64,000 nt of DNA from Gammaproteobacteria bacterium (lineage in GTDB: Bacteria > Pseudomonadota > Gammaproteobacteria > Natronospirales > DASSBR01), in contig DASSTE010000035.1 in NCBI GenBank assembly GCA_035708085.1, positions 8,870-72,869 of the forward strand, in the 5' to 3' direction. A program made the position numbers and the translations under genes. A model generated the notes under the pieces. That model was not told the origin of the DNA and made no database searches. It saw nothing but the letters and a program-made list of their open reading frames with translations. Of the stretch, positions 38,456 to 47,877 are shown piece after piece (position 1 is the stretch's first letter; every line of letters begins with the position of its first letter).

Positions 38456-39967
38456 ATGGACACAAGATCAATCTGGCAGGCGCTGTCGCCGCCCGCCGAA
38501 TTTCCCGCGCTCGAAGAGGATATTGCCGTCGATGTCGCCATAGTCGGCGGCGGCATCACCGGCGTAACGACGGCGCTGCAACTCAGCCGCGCCGGGCAGC
38601 GTGTCGCGCTGGTCGAGGCGCACGAAATCGGCTGCAGCGCGACCGGCGGGTCGACCGGCAACCTTTACGCGACGGTCGACGAGCACCTGTTCCGCATCAA
38701 GGAAAAGTGGGACGCCGACACCGTGAAGAAGGTGGTCGAATCGCGCCGGAGCGCGATCGAGACGATCGGCAGGATTGTGCGCGAATACGGCATCGACTGC
38801 GGCTTTGGCGCGCGCGACTGGCATTTCTATGCGACCACCGGCGCATCGGCGGATGCGCGCGATGCGGTCGATCACGAATACGAGGTCGCGCGCGAAGCGG
38901 GCCTGGACGCAAGCCGCGTGGATCGGTTGCCGCTGCCGTTCGAGATCGACCGGGCCGTCCGGATCCCCGGCCAGGCGCAGCTCAACCCGCTCGCTTACGT
39001 GCGGGGGCTGGCACGCGGACTGGGCGACCGCTGCCGCATCTTCGAGCACACGCCGGCGACCGGCATCGATGCGAAGGCGGGCGCGGTGACGACGCCTCGC
39101 GGCACGATCAACGCGGATGCCATCGTGCTGGCGACGCACACGCCCAAGGGCGTCTACATGATGCAGACGGCGATGCAGCCGGCGCGCGAGTATGGCCTCG
39201 CGGCGCGCCTCAAGGGGAATGACTATCCCGAAGGCATTTTCTGGAGCGCCGATACGCCGAAGCACTCGATCCGTTCCTATCAGGCCGGCGGCGAGCGTTA
39301 CCTGATGGTAATCGGCCTCAAGCACCAGACAGGCAAGGTGCAGCACACCGCCGATTGTTATGAGCAGCTCGAAAGCTTCACGCGCAAACATTTCGGCATC
39401 GCCGACATCGCCTGGCACTGGTCGGCGCAGCATTACCGGTCCGGCGACATGCTGCCCTACATTGGCGAGAGCCCGCGCCACGAGAACCTGTATCTGGCCA
39501 CCGGCTTCGCCACCGACGGCCTCGTTTACGGCACGCTGGCGGCATCGATCATTACCGACGAAATCGTCGGCCGTGACAGTCGCTGGGGCGACCTCTACAA
39601 GCCCAGCCGGTTTACGCCCGGCAAATCCGCCAAGCAGTTTGTCAAGCAGAACCTGGAAGTGGTCGCCGAGCTGGCAAAGAAGGTGACCGCGGCGGACGCG
39701 GGCGACTGGCTGGATGAGGTGCAACCCGGCGAGGGCCGGCTGATCAAGACCAGCGGCAAGAAACTGGCGGTGTACCGCGACGAACAGGGTCAGGTGACGG
39801 TGCTCGGGGCGACGTGCACGCATCTCGGCTGCGACGTGCACTGGAACGATGCCGAGCGCACCTGGGACTGTCCATGTCATGGCAGCCGCTTTCGGCTCGA
39901 CGGCAGCGTAATCGAAGGCCCTGCAATCGAGCCACTCAAACCGCAGAAGATCAGCCCGTTTTCATAA
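38456..39967 (+). CDS. FAD-dependent oxidoreductase fused to a C-terminal Rieske [2Fe-2S] domain
   Basis: ATG at 38456 with an AAGGAGG RBS. The dinucleotide fold is VAIVGGGITGVTTA. The Rieske motifs are CTHLGC..CPCHGSRF. Confidence 0.88.
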   Translation: MDTRSIWQALSPPAEFPALEEDIAVDVAIVGGGITGVTTALQLSRAGQRVALVEAHEIGCSATGGSTGNLYATVDEHLFRIKEKWDADTVKKVVESRRSAIETIGRIVREYGIDCGFGARDWHFYATTGASADARDAVDHEYEVAREAGLDASRVDRLPLPFEIDRAVRIPGQAQLNPLAYVRGLARGLGDRCRIFEHTPATGIDAKAGAVTTPRGTINADAIVLATHTPKGVYMMQTAMQPAREYGLAARLKGNDYPEGIFWSADTPKHSIRSYQAGGERYLMVIGLKHQTGKVQHTADCYEQLESFTRKHFGIADIAWHWSAQHYRSGDMLPYIGESPRHENLYLATGFATDGLVYGTLAASIITDEIVGRDSRWGDLYKPSRFTPGKSAKQFVKQNLEVVAELAKKVTAADAGDWLDEVQPGEGRLIKTSGKKLAVYRDEQGQVTVLGATCTHLGCDVHWNDAERTWDCPCHGSRFRLDGSVIEGPAIEPLKPQKISPFS

Positions 39968-40921
39968 ACTCTGCAGCAGTTTCAGCACCGCACGTTCGGC
40001 CGGGCTGGTGATGGCCTCGCCCGGCTCGACGCCGTTCATGAAGTCGCGCAGCGTGCATCCGTTCAGGTAACAGTCGATCACGCGTGGATCGATGTAGCTT
40101 CCCCTGGCAATCGCCGGCGTGTTGCCAAGTCGCGTCGCCACGGCGCGAATGGCTTTGCGCACGTTGGCTTCGGCCTGTTTTTTTGTCTCCGCGACGCCGA
40201 AGGCGTCCAACGCCAGCGCGGCCAATGACGTACCCGCCCAGGTGCGAAAGTCCTTGGCGCTGAAATCCTCGCCCATGATCTCGTGAATGTAGGCGTTGAG
40301 GTCGTCGCTCACCACAATGACCTTGTTGCCGTGCTCATCGAAGTATTTGAAGATTTCGCGCCCGGGAATGTGGTCGAGTTCGGCCACGATGCGCGCGAGG
40401 CGCTTGTCCTCGATGTGCTTTTCCTGCGCTTGGCCGCTCTTGCCGACGTAGCGAAAGATCAGCTCGTCGCCCTCGATGCTCAGGTGCTTGGAGCGCAGCG
40501 TCGTCAGGCCGTAGGACTCGTTTTCCTTCGCGTAGGCGGCGTTGCCGGGACGGAAATACGCCGTGTCGATCAGCCGCACCATGCAGGCGAGCACCTTCTC
40601 ACGGCTGTTGTCGTGGCGGGCGAGATGCTGCCCGGTGATGCGCCGCATCGTCGTCAGCTTCTGCGCGAAGCGGATGATGCGGTCGTATTTCTCGTGGTCG
40701 CGGGTCTCGCGCCACGCGGGGTTGTAGATGTACTGCTTGCGCCCGGCGGCGTCACGCCCGGTGGCGTGAATCTTCGCTTCCTTGTCCGGATCGATCTCCA
40801 CGTCCGTCCACGCCGGGGGAATCGCCAGTGACGCGATCCAGCGGCGCATCGCCCGGTCGCGAATGGTTTCGCCGTCGGCGCAGTACGTGAAGCCTTTGCC
40901 GCAGCGGCGGCGAGTGATCAT
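39962..40921 (-). CDS. Type IB DNA topoisomerase (poxvirus-like bacterial TopIB)
   Basis: 319-aa ORF with GKGFTY, IPPAWTDV, ATGRDAAGRKQYIYN, FRYVGKSG, DFRTW, and RLGNTPAIARGSYI carrying the catalytic Tyr context. Confidence 0.85.
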   Translation of the reverse strand: MITRRRCGKGFTYCADGETIRDRAMRRWIASLAIPPAWTDVEIDPDKEAKIHATGRDAAGRKQYIYNPAWRETRDHEKYDRIIRFAQKLTTMRRITGQHLARHDNSREKVLACMVRLIDTAYFRPGNAAYAKENESYGLTTLRSKHLSIEGDELIFRYVGKSGQAQEKHIEDKRLARIVAELDHIPGREIFKYFDEHGNKVIVVSDDLNAYIHEIMGEDFSAKDFRTWAGTSLAALALDAFGVAETKKQAEANVRKAIRAVATRLGNTPAIARGSYIDPRVIDCYLNGCTLRDFMNGVEPGEAITSPAERAVLKLLQSL

Positions 40922-40961
40922 GCGGCTCGTCCTTGAGTAAACACATTGAGAGAGTAGGGTT

Positions 40962-40988
40962 GAGGGGGAGTTGAATCAACTCCCCCTC
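40962..40988. other. Perfect 27-bp palindrome between the M61 and TopIB genes
   Basis: gagggggagttga-a-tcaactccccctc has 13-bp perfect arms and no U-run. It may be a terminator or a protein-binding site. Confidence 0.35.
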
Positions 40989-40998
40989 GCCGACTCGA

Positions 40999-42933
40999 TT
41001 ACTTGCGCGGTGCGAGCACCTGCGACAGGTAATCCGGCTGACCCTTGATGCGCACGAGGTGCGCGTACTTCAGGCCGCCGTGATAGTCGATGCTGACGGT
41101 CTTGTAGTCGTTGAAGTTCGTGACCAGCAGCTTGATCGGCGCCTTGCCCGTCTTCGCCTCCTTCACGGCTTCCTTCAGCGCATCGGTGCTGAACTTCTTG
41201 CCGTTGACGCCCTGGATGACCATGCCTGGCGCCAGACCGGCCTTGAATGCCGGGCTGTTCCAAAGCACGTCGCGCATCTTGCCGTCGTGATCGACGTTGA
41301 TGCCCAGCGAGTACTCCAGATCAACGTAGTGGAAGCGTCCCTCGAACGCCTTGACGGCGTCGCTCGGCTTGTCGTTATAGACCAGCTTCCAGCCCTCGGC
41401 CTCGAACGCCTTCGACAGGTTGCCGTGGCCCATCAAACGCGACTCCAAGAAGTTCGCCCAGTCGTACTTCGCGATGTTGTTGAGCGACTTGACGATGTCG
41501 TCGAAGTTGTAGGTGTTGATGTCCCACGCACCGTTGTGCATGCCGAAGAACTCGCGCGCCCAGTTGTCGAGGCTGCGCTTGTTGTGCGTCAAGTCGCGGA
41601 TTTTGGCATCCACCGCCAGCCAGATGAGCTGACCGCCGGAATAGTAATCCTCGCTCATCTGGTAGTTGCGATACGGCAGCGGCGCACGCTGGGCGATCGT
41701 CGGGTCATTGGTCGTGTCGCGAATCGTGCGCCACTGCATGCCCGGACGACCGCGGTCGTAGCGCGCGCCGACGCTCGCCAGCCGCTCCATCGCCTGCTTC
41801 TTGCTCCACAGCCCCGAACGCGCGGCCATCACGAAGCCGTTGTACTGCGTGAAGCCCTCGTAGACCCACAGCAGGCGATCGCGCATCGGTACGTTGAAGT
41901 TGGGCGTCCAAAGACCGGCGGGGCGACGATACTTGCCGTCCCACGAGTGGTTGAACTCGTGCGCGAGCAGGTCGCGGCCGGCCCAGTTCTTCTTCCAGTT
42001 GGTGAAAGCATCAGGACGGAAGCTGTCCTCGCTGGAGCGGTGATGCTCCAGGCCGATGCCGCCCAGGTTGTCGCTGAGCGAAATCAGGAAGTCGTAATGG
42101 TTGTAGTGGTGCGCACCGTAGAGCTTGTACATCTGCTCCACGAGGTTGCGGTGCAACTCGATCTCGTGCTTGCTGATCTTCAGGTCCTTCGCCGCATCGG
42201 CGAACACGTCCAGGTGCACCGGCGCATCGGTGCCCTTCGGCGTGATGTTGATGCGCTTGTAGTACTTGCCGGCCAGCATCGGCGAATCGACCAGGTTCTC
42301 AAAGTCGATTGTCTTGAAGGTGACGTCGTTGCCGCTCTGGTGCGCAACTTCGAGCGCCGTGGCGAACTTGAAGTCCTTCGGCAGCGTCACGCTTGCCTGC
42401 ACGTTGATGTCACGGCCGTAATAGCCGGCGGGATACAGTGCCAGCTTGCTCCACTGCAGGCTGAGCATTTCCGGCGTCATCACCACGCGGCCCTGATCGT
42501 GGTTCTGCGGCGACAGAAACTTGAAATCGACGTCGAGCTTGCTCACGCCCTGCGGCACCTGGACCTGGAACGCGTAGACGTTCTCCGGCACGCGGATCCA
42601 GTGCAGTCGGTGGCCGTTGGCATAAATCATGACCCCGGCTACCTTGTCGATCGGGCCGCTCGGCTCGTGGTTGCCAGGAATCCACTGCGGATACAGCAGC
42701 GTGAATGTGCCGGCCTTGCTGACCGGAATCACCTCATGGATGCTGAATACGCGATGTGCCAGATCGGTGGCGTCGACGTGCAGTTGCATGGTGCCCGGAT
42801 AGGGAATATCGCGCGGCGCCGGCACGTGGAACTTGCGCGGTACCGGCTGCGGCCCCGGACTCGCAAGCACGGGAGCGGCGCCGAGGCCCAGACCGGCAAC
42901 GGCAAGAACGCAGGCAGTTAAAGCAGTCTTCAT
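40999..42933 (-). CDS. M61-family glycyl aminopeptidase with C-terminal PDZ domain
   Basis: 644-aa ORF with a signal peptide and the zinc motif HEFNHSWDG. The C-terminal PDZ-like region reads GLAPGMVIQGVNGKKF. Confidence 0.85.
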   Translation of the reverse strand: MKTALTACVLAVAGLGLGAAPVLASPGPQPVPRKFHVPAPRDIPYPGTMQLHVDATDLAHRVFSIHEVIPVSKAGTFTLLYPQWIPGNHEPSGPIDKVAGVMIYANGHRLHWIRVPENVYAFQVQVPQGVSKLDVDFKFLSPQNHDQGRVVMTPEMLSLQWSKLALYPAGYYGRDINVQASVTLPKDFKFATALEVAHQSGNDVTFKTIDFENLVDSPMLAGKYYKRINITPKGTDAPVHLDVFADAAKDLKISKHEIELHRNLVEQMYKLYGAHHYNHYDFLISLSDNLGGIGLEHHRSSEDSFRPDAFTNWKKNWAGRDLLAHEFNHSWDGKYRRPAGLWTPNFNVPMRDRLLWVYEGFTQYNGFVMAARSGLWSKKQAMERLASVGARYDRGRPGMQWRTIRDTTNDPTIAQRAPLPYRNYQMSEDYYSGGQLIWLAVDAKIRDLTHNKRSLDNWAREFFGMHNGAWDINTYNFDDIVKSLNNIAKYDWANFLESRLMGHGNLSKAFEAEGWKLVYNDKPSDAVKAFEGRFHYVDLEYSLGINVDHDGKMRDVLWNSPAFKAGLAPGMVIQGVNGKKFSTDALKEAVKEAKTGKAPIKLLVTNFNDYKTVSIDYHGGLKYAHLVRIKGQPDYLSQVLAPRK

Positions 42934-43060
42934 TTAAAGGTCTCCTGCTATTGGTATAAAGCGCCCGCGATCGCCGGCGCGGCGGAACATAGGGTTTCGC
43001 AGAGTACCAGACCGGAAAAACCCCGGCAAAGTTCCAAAATGGACTCTGTTTCGGCCGCGG

Positions 43061-44389
43061 CTATGCTTTATGCAGACTTCGATGCAGCCTGCCAATTTGC
43101 CGGATTCGCGCCGGTTCTACCCCCGCCTCCGCCGCAAACTCCGGCCAACGCGCCACGGCATCCGCCACCTGATCGATGAATTTTTTTGCACGCGGCAGGG
43201 TGATGCGGAAGCGATCGGCGACGGTCAGCAGGTCGTCGCGAGTGATGTTTTCGCGCTTGCCGTTGACGCTCATCTGGTGGCGGCTGGTCCATTGGCCGCT
43301 GGGGTTGTAGGCGAAGTTGAGATCGAACGCCGGTGACAGCGACCAGCGGCCGCGGCGGTCCATCAGGAAGGCGATGTTCTTGGTGTGGTCGTCCTGGTTG
43401 CGGGCGGCGACGTTGAAGACCATACGGCGGAACTGTTCTTCAATCGCATCCTTCCCGAGCTTCAGTCGCTCGATGACCTGGAACGCCTGCTCGTAGCCGT
43501 GGGCGCCCGCCTGGTTGAAGTCGAGGTGCGCGATGCCGGATAGCGACAGCATGTGCAGGCGGTCGCCGCTGTCGGTGCGGTCGAAACGCTTCGTCATGAA
43601 GTGGTGGCGACCGTTTTCAACCAGCAACCGGCACTCCATCATCCCGATACCGGCGGCGCGGGCCATGTGGTGGTACGCGTATTCAATCAGGCCGTAGTCC
43701 TGCGGGTCGGCGAGAATATCGCGATCGCGGTTGTGGGCGACGCCGTCGAATTTGAGCAGCCAATAGCCGAAGCCTGCTGGCGCGGGCACCTGCCCCGAAC
43801 GCACTTCGTTGGTGTCCGGGTTCCAGGCGACGATGGCCTTGGCGCGCGCGCCGCCCGCGGAGACACCGACCTGCAGGATGTCGTTCATCGCCTGGCGGCG
43901 CTCGTCGCCGTCGTGACCGAGGTCGGCGTGGAAATGCTGTCGCTGGGTGAGGATGCGGCTCGCCAGTTCGACCAGATCGGCCACGTCGATTGGATGTGCG
44001 CCCTCGCGGCGGACGCGCGCCGGGTGAAATTCGAGCGCACCCATGGCGCGCGTGCCGATGTAAAGCAGCCGGTCGACCGGCGAAAAGTCGGCGGGGTCGC
44101 GGCCAGTGCGGGCGAGCCAGGCGTCGATGACGGCGTGGCCGAACTTGTCCGGCAGCGAGTCGGCTAAAAGGCCCGGCAGGCCGTGAAAGGACGCACGCGC
44201 CAGTTCCGGGAACTCGTAAATTGCAGGCCCGAGCGGCATTGTCAGCGGCGCGACCTGGATGCTGCTGCCGCGAAACGCGGGCGCATATTCGAATGCGCCG
44301 AGTTCGCGGTCCGGGTCCCAGCTCACGGCGCCGATCTGCGCGCCCCAGAGATGGACTTCGGCTACCGTTCCTCGTCGGGCCATGTCCAC
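43061..44389 (-). CDS. hipA: HipA-family serine/threonine kinase toxin
   Basis: 442-aa ORF with HipA N-terminal coupling domains (VHLWGAQIGAVSW) and GVSAGGARAKA. The kinase core carries DDHTKNIAFL. Confidence 0.88.
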   Translation of the reverse strand: MDMARRGTVAEVHLWGAQIGAVSWDPDRELGAFEYAPAFRGSSIQVAPLTMPLGPAIYEFPELARASFHGLPGLLADSLPDKFGHAVIDAWLARTGRDPADFSPVDRLLYIGTRAMGALEFHPARVRREGAHPIDVADLVELASRILTQRQHFHADLGHDGDERRQAMNDILQVGVSAGGARAKAIVAWNPDTNEVRSGQVPAPAGFGYWLLKFDGVAHNRDRDILADPQDYGLIEYAYHHMARAAGIGMMECRLLVENGRHHFMTKRFDRTDSGDRLHMLSLSGIAHLDFNQAGAHGYEQAFQVIERLKLGKDAIEEQFRRMVFNVAARNQDDHTKNIAFLMDRRGRWSLSPAFDLNFAYNPSGQWTSRHQMSVNGKRENITRDDLLTVADRFRITLPRAKKFIDQVADAVARWPEFAAEAGVEPARIRQIGRLHRSLHKA

Positions 44390-44709
44390 TCCGGGGCGGG
44401 TTCGTCAGCGCCTTTGGCTTTGCGATAGCCACTGGCGCGTTCGCGCACGTGGCCACGGGCCTCGGCCAGCGCCATCGGGCTGACCCGGGCTTCCGGCACC
44501 AGCACTTCGAGGCGGTCGAGGAGATCGAGCGCGCGCAGGATGCGCACCAGGCTTTGAGTGTCGATGACGAGGCCGTTTTCGGCCTTGTAAATGGTGCGGC
44601 GGGCAACGCCGGCTTCGCGCGCCACTTCCGCCTGCGTCCGGTTGCGGTTGAGGCGATGGCGCGCGAGACGTTCCCCCAATGTTTTCAACGCCAGTTCGTC
44701 GCTTTCCAT
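44362..44709 (-). CDS. hipB: HipB-like XRE-family HTH antitoxin
   Basis: 115-aa ORF with LGERLARHRLNRNRTQAEVAREAGVARRTIYKAENG. It overlaps the hipA 5' end by 28 nt. Confidence 0.8.
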   Translation of the reverse strand: MESDELALKTLGERLARHRLNRNRTQAEVAREAGVARRTIYKAENGLVIDTQSLVRILRALDLLDRLEVLVPEARVSPMALAEARGHVRERASGYRKAKGADEPAPEWTWPDEER

Positions 44710-44807
44710 ACTGTGAGCGCGAGTGCGCCCTCTGCGAGCAAATCCGGGGTTAACGTATTCGATCGCGCGCGTAATGTCAATCTCGCCGCGGCCGCGGCGC
44801 TGGAGAG

Positions 44808-46016
44808 TCAGTAGTCCGCGGCAGGTAGCTCGTCGCCGCCCAATGCGAGCTTGCGCCGGCGTTTGTGCTCGTACATCGCGTTGTCGGCACCCACAACCGC
44901 CTCGTGGAGGCTGGCCGACTCGCCGTAGGCGGCGGCGCCGACGCTCACATTAAGATCTAATTCAGCGCCAGTCTCCGGCAGCCGGAGCGGCGGCGCGGCG
45001 GCGAGCACACTCTCGATCCGCGCGAGCGCATCGTCGGGGCGCGCCCCCGGCAGCACCATCAGAAATTCGTCTCCGCCGAACCGGTACAGCTTGTCGCAGC
45101 TTTGCAGCTGCGGTTGCACGACCGCCACGAAATATTTCAGCAAGCCGTCGCCGCTTTTGTGGCCGTAGTTGTCGTTAACTTCCTTCAGGTCGTCGAGGTC
45201 GCACACCAGCACTGTGCCGCCGCCGTTGCCGTTGAGCCCGATACCATCGTTGAAGGCACGGCGGTTGAGCACGCGCGTCAGCGAATCGCGCAGCGCCTCT
45301 TCCCGAAGCTGTGCATGCGCGGCGTTCAACTCTGCGTGTGCGGCTTCGGTCTCGCTGCGTACGTCATCGAGCAGCACCAGCACCATGCCGAACGCCAGCA
45401 GTACGTCGAGCACCAGGTCCGACCAGGCTGCGTAGCGCAAGGCCCAGTTGGCGAGATCGTGCGGCTGCGCTTGTATCCCGTTCGCCACGGCAATCCAGTA
45501 GAGGCCCCACAGTATGGCGATCAGGATGAAGATGCAGGCGCTCATGACAGCGCCGGCGTTGCGTCGCGGCACCCGGACGCTCAGCAGCAAATGGGCGCTG
45601 CCCAGGCTCAAAAGGATAACGGCCGGCGCCTGCGTCATCATCACGCCGACCAGCGAGGAATCCAGCCGGAAGGCGACTGCCGCCCAGAGCGCCGCCACGC
45701 CCAGCGACGGCAGGACCAGCCGATGGCCGATGCCGCGTGCGTATTCGAGCGTGCCGCAGAACAGCAGCGCGAAGGCGGTCAACTTGCCTAGTTCATAAAT
45801 GAAGTTGGCGGCCGGCAGGGTCGCGGTCTGATCCCAGACCAGTGCGGCGACAGCTGCCGCGACAAGCACCCATGCGTTGGCCCATTTGAGGAAGTAGCGG
45901 CGGCCGACGGCGTAGGGCCGCAACAGGAAGAACAGCAACGCCAGCAACAGGCCGGCCGCGCCCTGACTGACGAGACCGATGATTCCAACGAGCCTGGTGG
46001 TCTGATCCAATTGCAC
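44808..46016 (-). CDS. Membrane diguanylate cyclase (multi-TM N-domain plus GGDEF)
   Basis: 402-aa ORF with roughly 6-7 TM helices. It then carries DSLTRVLNRRAF and RFGGDEFLMVL. Confidence 0.85.
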   Translation of the reverse strand: MQLDQTTRLVGIIGLVSQGAAGLLLALLFFLLRPYAVGRRYFLKWANAWVLVAAAVAALVWDQTATLPAANFIYELGKLTAFALLFCGTLEYARGIGHRLVLPSLGVAALWAAVAFRLDSSLVGVMMTQAPAVILLSLGSAHLLLSVRVPRRNAGAVMSACIFILIAILWGLYWIAVANGIQAQPHDLANWALRYAAWSDLVLDVLLAFGMVLVLLDDVRSETEAAHAELNAAHAQLREEALRDSLTRVLNRRAFNDGIGLNGNGGGTVLVCDLDDLKEVNDNYGHKSGDGLLKYFVAVVQPQLQSCDKLYRFGGDEFLMVLPGARPDDALARIESVLAAAPPLRLPETGAELDLNVSVGAAAYGESASLHEAVVGADNAMYEHKRRRKLALGGDELPAADY

Positions 46017-46123
46017 TAGCGGCCCCGCCCCCTGAATTCAACGCCAATGCTTTACATATTGGTCCGCAATACTGCCCCGCCCTGTCCGGAATTGCAAGTT
46101 GGATTCGGGGCGGCGAAAACGGC

Positions 46124-46753
46124 TCAGGAATGCAGCAATTCGCGCATCAACGGCTTGAGTTCGGCCCTGTCAGGATGGGCCGCACGGCCGTCGCCGCCGA
46201 TGATTGCCTTGAGCTGGCCGAGCGCATGGTCGAAGTTATCGTTGACGATCACGTAGTCGAATTCGTCCCAGTGCGACATGTCGGCTTCGGCGTCGCGCAG
46301 CCGGCGCGCGATCACGTCTTCAGCATCCGTCTGGCGGCCGCGCAGGCGGCGTTCCAGCTCGACGCGCGACGGCGGAAGGATGAAGATCGTCACGGCGTCC
46401 GGCATGGCAGCGCGCACCTGGCGCGCACCCTGCCAGTCGATTTCCAAAAGCACATCGATGCCGGCCGCCAGGCTCGCCTCGACCTGCTCGCGACCGGTGC
46501 CGTAGTGGTAGTCGAACACGCGCGCGTATTCCAGGAAGCGGCCCTCGGTGACCATGCGCGCGAATTCGGCTTCCGAAACAAAGTGATAATCGCGGCCGTC
46601 CTGCTCGCGCGGGCGTCGCGGCCGCGTCGTGAACGAGATCGAGACCATCAGCCGCGGATTTTCGGCCACCACCTGGCGCACCAGGCTGGTCTTGCCGGCG
46701 CCCGACGGTGCGGCGACCAGAAACAGCTTCGCCCGGCGGGCGTCACTCGACAT
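46124..46753 (-). CDS. gmk: Guanylate kinase
   Basis: 209-aa ORF with the P-loop APSGAGKTSL and TTRPRRPRE..DGRDYHFV. Confidence 0.95.
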   Translation of the reverse strand: MSSDARRAKLFLVAAPSGAGKTSLVRQVVAENPRLMVSISFTTRPRRPREQDGRDYHFVSEAEFARMVTEGRFLEYARVFDYHYGTGREQVEASLAAGIDVLLEIDWQGARQVRAAMPDAVTIFILPPSRVELERRLRGRQTDAEDVIARRLRDAEADMSHWDEFDYVIVNDNFDHALGQLKAIIGGDGRAAHPDRAELKPLMRELLHS

Positions 46754-47609
46754 TCTGCACTTGCTCCCGCATCTGCTCGATCAGCACCTTGAGTTCGACC
46801 GCCGCCTGCGTGGTTTCGGTGTCCTGCGACTTGGAAGCGAGCGTGTTCGCCTCGCGGTTGAATTCCTGCATCAGGAAATCCAGTCGCCGGCCCACCGGCT
46901 CGCTGCGCTGCAGCGCCTTTCCCAGCTCGGCGATGTGGCTGTCCAGCCGGTCCAGTTCTTCTGCCACATCGATCCTTTGCGCAGTGTAAACCAGCTCCTG
47001 GCTGAGCCGGTCGTCGTCAGGCGTGAGGTTGAGTTCTTCTAGCCGCGTGAGCAGCCGGGCACGCAACTGCTCGCGTACCGCCGGCAGCCGGGCGCGTACG
47101 GCGGCCACGTACTCGCCGATCGCGCCGGTGCGCTCGCGCAGCATTGCGTCGATGCGGGCACCCTCGGCGCGACGATTGGCGACGAGGTCCTCGAGCGTTG
47201 CCGCCAGCAACTCGGCGGCGGCCGCGGCGAGTTCGTCGACGTCCATCGCGGGCTCGCGCACGACCCCCGGCCAGCGCAGCAGATCCAGCGGGTCGAGCGG
47301 CGCCACATTGCCCACCTGTGCCGCCACGCCCTGCGCTGCCGCGGCGACCGCGGCGGCGAGTTCATGATCGACCGTCAGCGCGCCGGCAGCCGCAGCAGCC
47401 GCTTCCAGACGCACGGCGACATCCACCTTGCCGCGCTTGATCCGCCCGCCGATCTGGCGGCGGAGCTCCGCCTCCAGGCCCCGGAGCTGCTCCGGAAGCC
47501 GGAATCCGATTTCCAGATAGCGGTGGTTGATCGAGCGCAGCTCGACCGTCAGCGCGCCCCATCGGCCCCGGCTCTCGCCGCGGGCGTACCCTGTCATACT
47601 TTGTATCAT
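46743..47609 (-). CDS. yicC: YicC-family stress-induced protein
   Basis: 288-aa ORF with MIQSMTGYARGE.., SINHRYLE, and the C-terminal EQMREQVQNVE. Confidence 0.9.
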   Translation of the reverse strand: MIQSMTGYARGESRGRWGALTVELRSINHRYLEIGFRLPEQLRGLEAELRRQIGGRIKRGKVDVAVRLEAAAAAAGALTVDHELAAAVAAAAQGVAAQVGNVAPLDPLDLLRWPGVVREPAMDVDELAAAAAELLAATLEDLVANRRAEGARIDAMLRERTGAIGEYVAAVRARLPAVREQLRARLLTRLEELNLTPDDDRLSQELVYTAQRIDVAEELDRLDSHIAELGKALQRSEPVGRRLDFLMQEFNREANTLASKSQDTETTQAAVELKVLIEQMREQVQNVE

Positions 47610-47877
47610 TTGGGTGTGTTTGTCCTAACTGTCGCCGTTCGACGACACAAAAGTGCAACCTGCGTCACCTCTTTGCCGCTGCCGGCGATGTAAGGTTTCG
47701 CACATGTATTCGACTCTGACAGCCCCTGAGTCGAGGCGGAATGGTAAGCTATTCCAGCTCGTGATGGCCACGGTCACGCGAGCGGTTCCGCGCTCGCACC
47801 TGCGGCGGGTGGCGCCGACGCGCCATCCGGCACCCGGCGGCGGGCGTTTCGTGGCCCATTGGGAGGGACGAGATCGG

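Noticed and set aside
37933-38661. 242-aa minus-strand ORF spanning the DUF3144 gene and the start of the FAD/Rieske gene
   Set aside because: It is out of frame with both better-supported genes and has a Pro/Arg/Ala-rich composition.
41059-42921. 620-aa plus-strand ORF antisense to the M61 peptidase gene
   Set aside because: It is a shadow ORF. The minus-strand frame has a signal peptide, HEFNH and a PDZ domain.
42934-44807. Genomic island or prophage remnant around hipBA
   Set aside because: No integrase, transposase, tRNA gene or flanking direct repeats were noticed. Only the two TA genes appear inserted.
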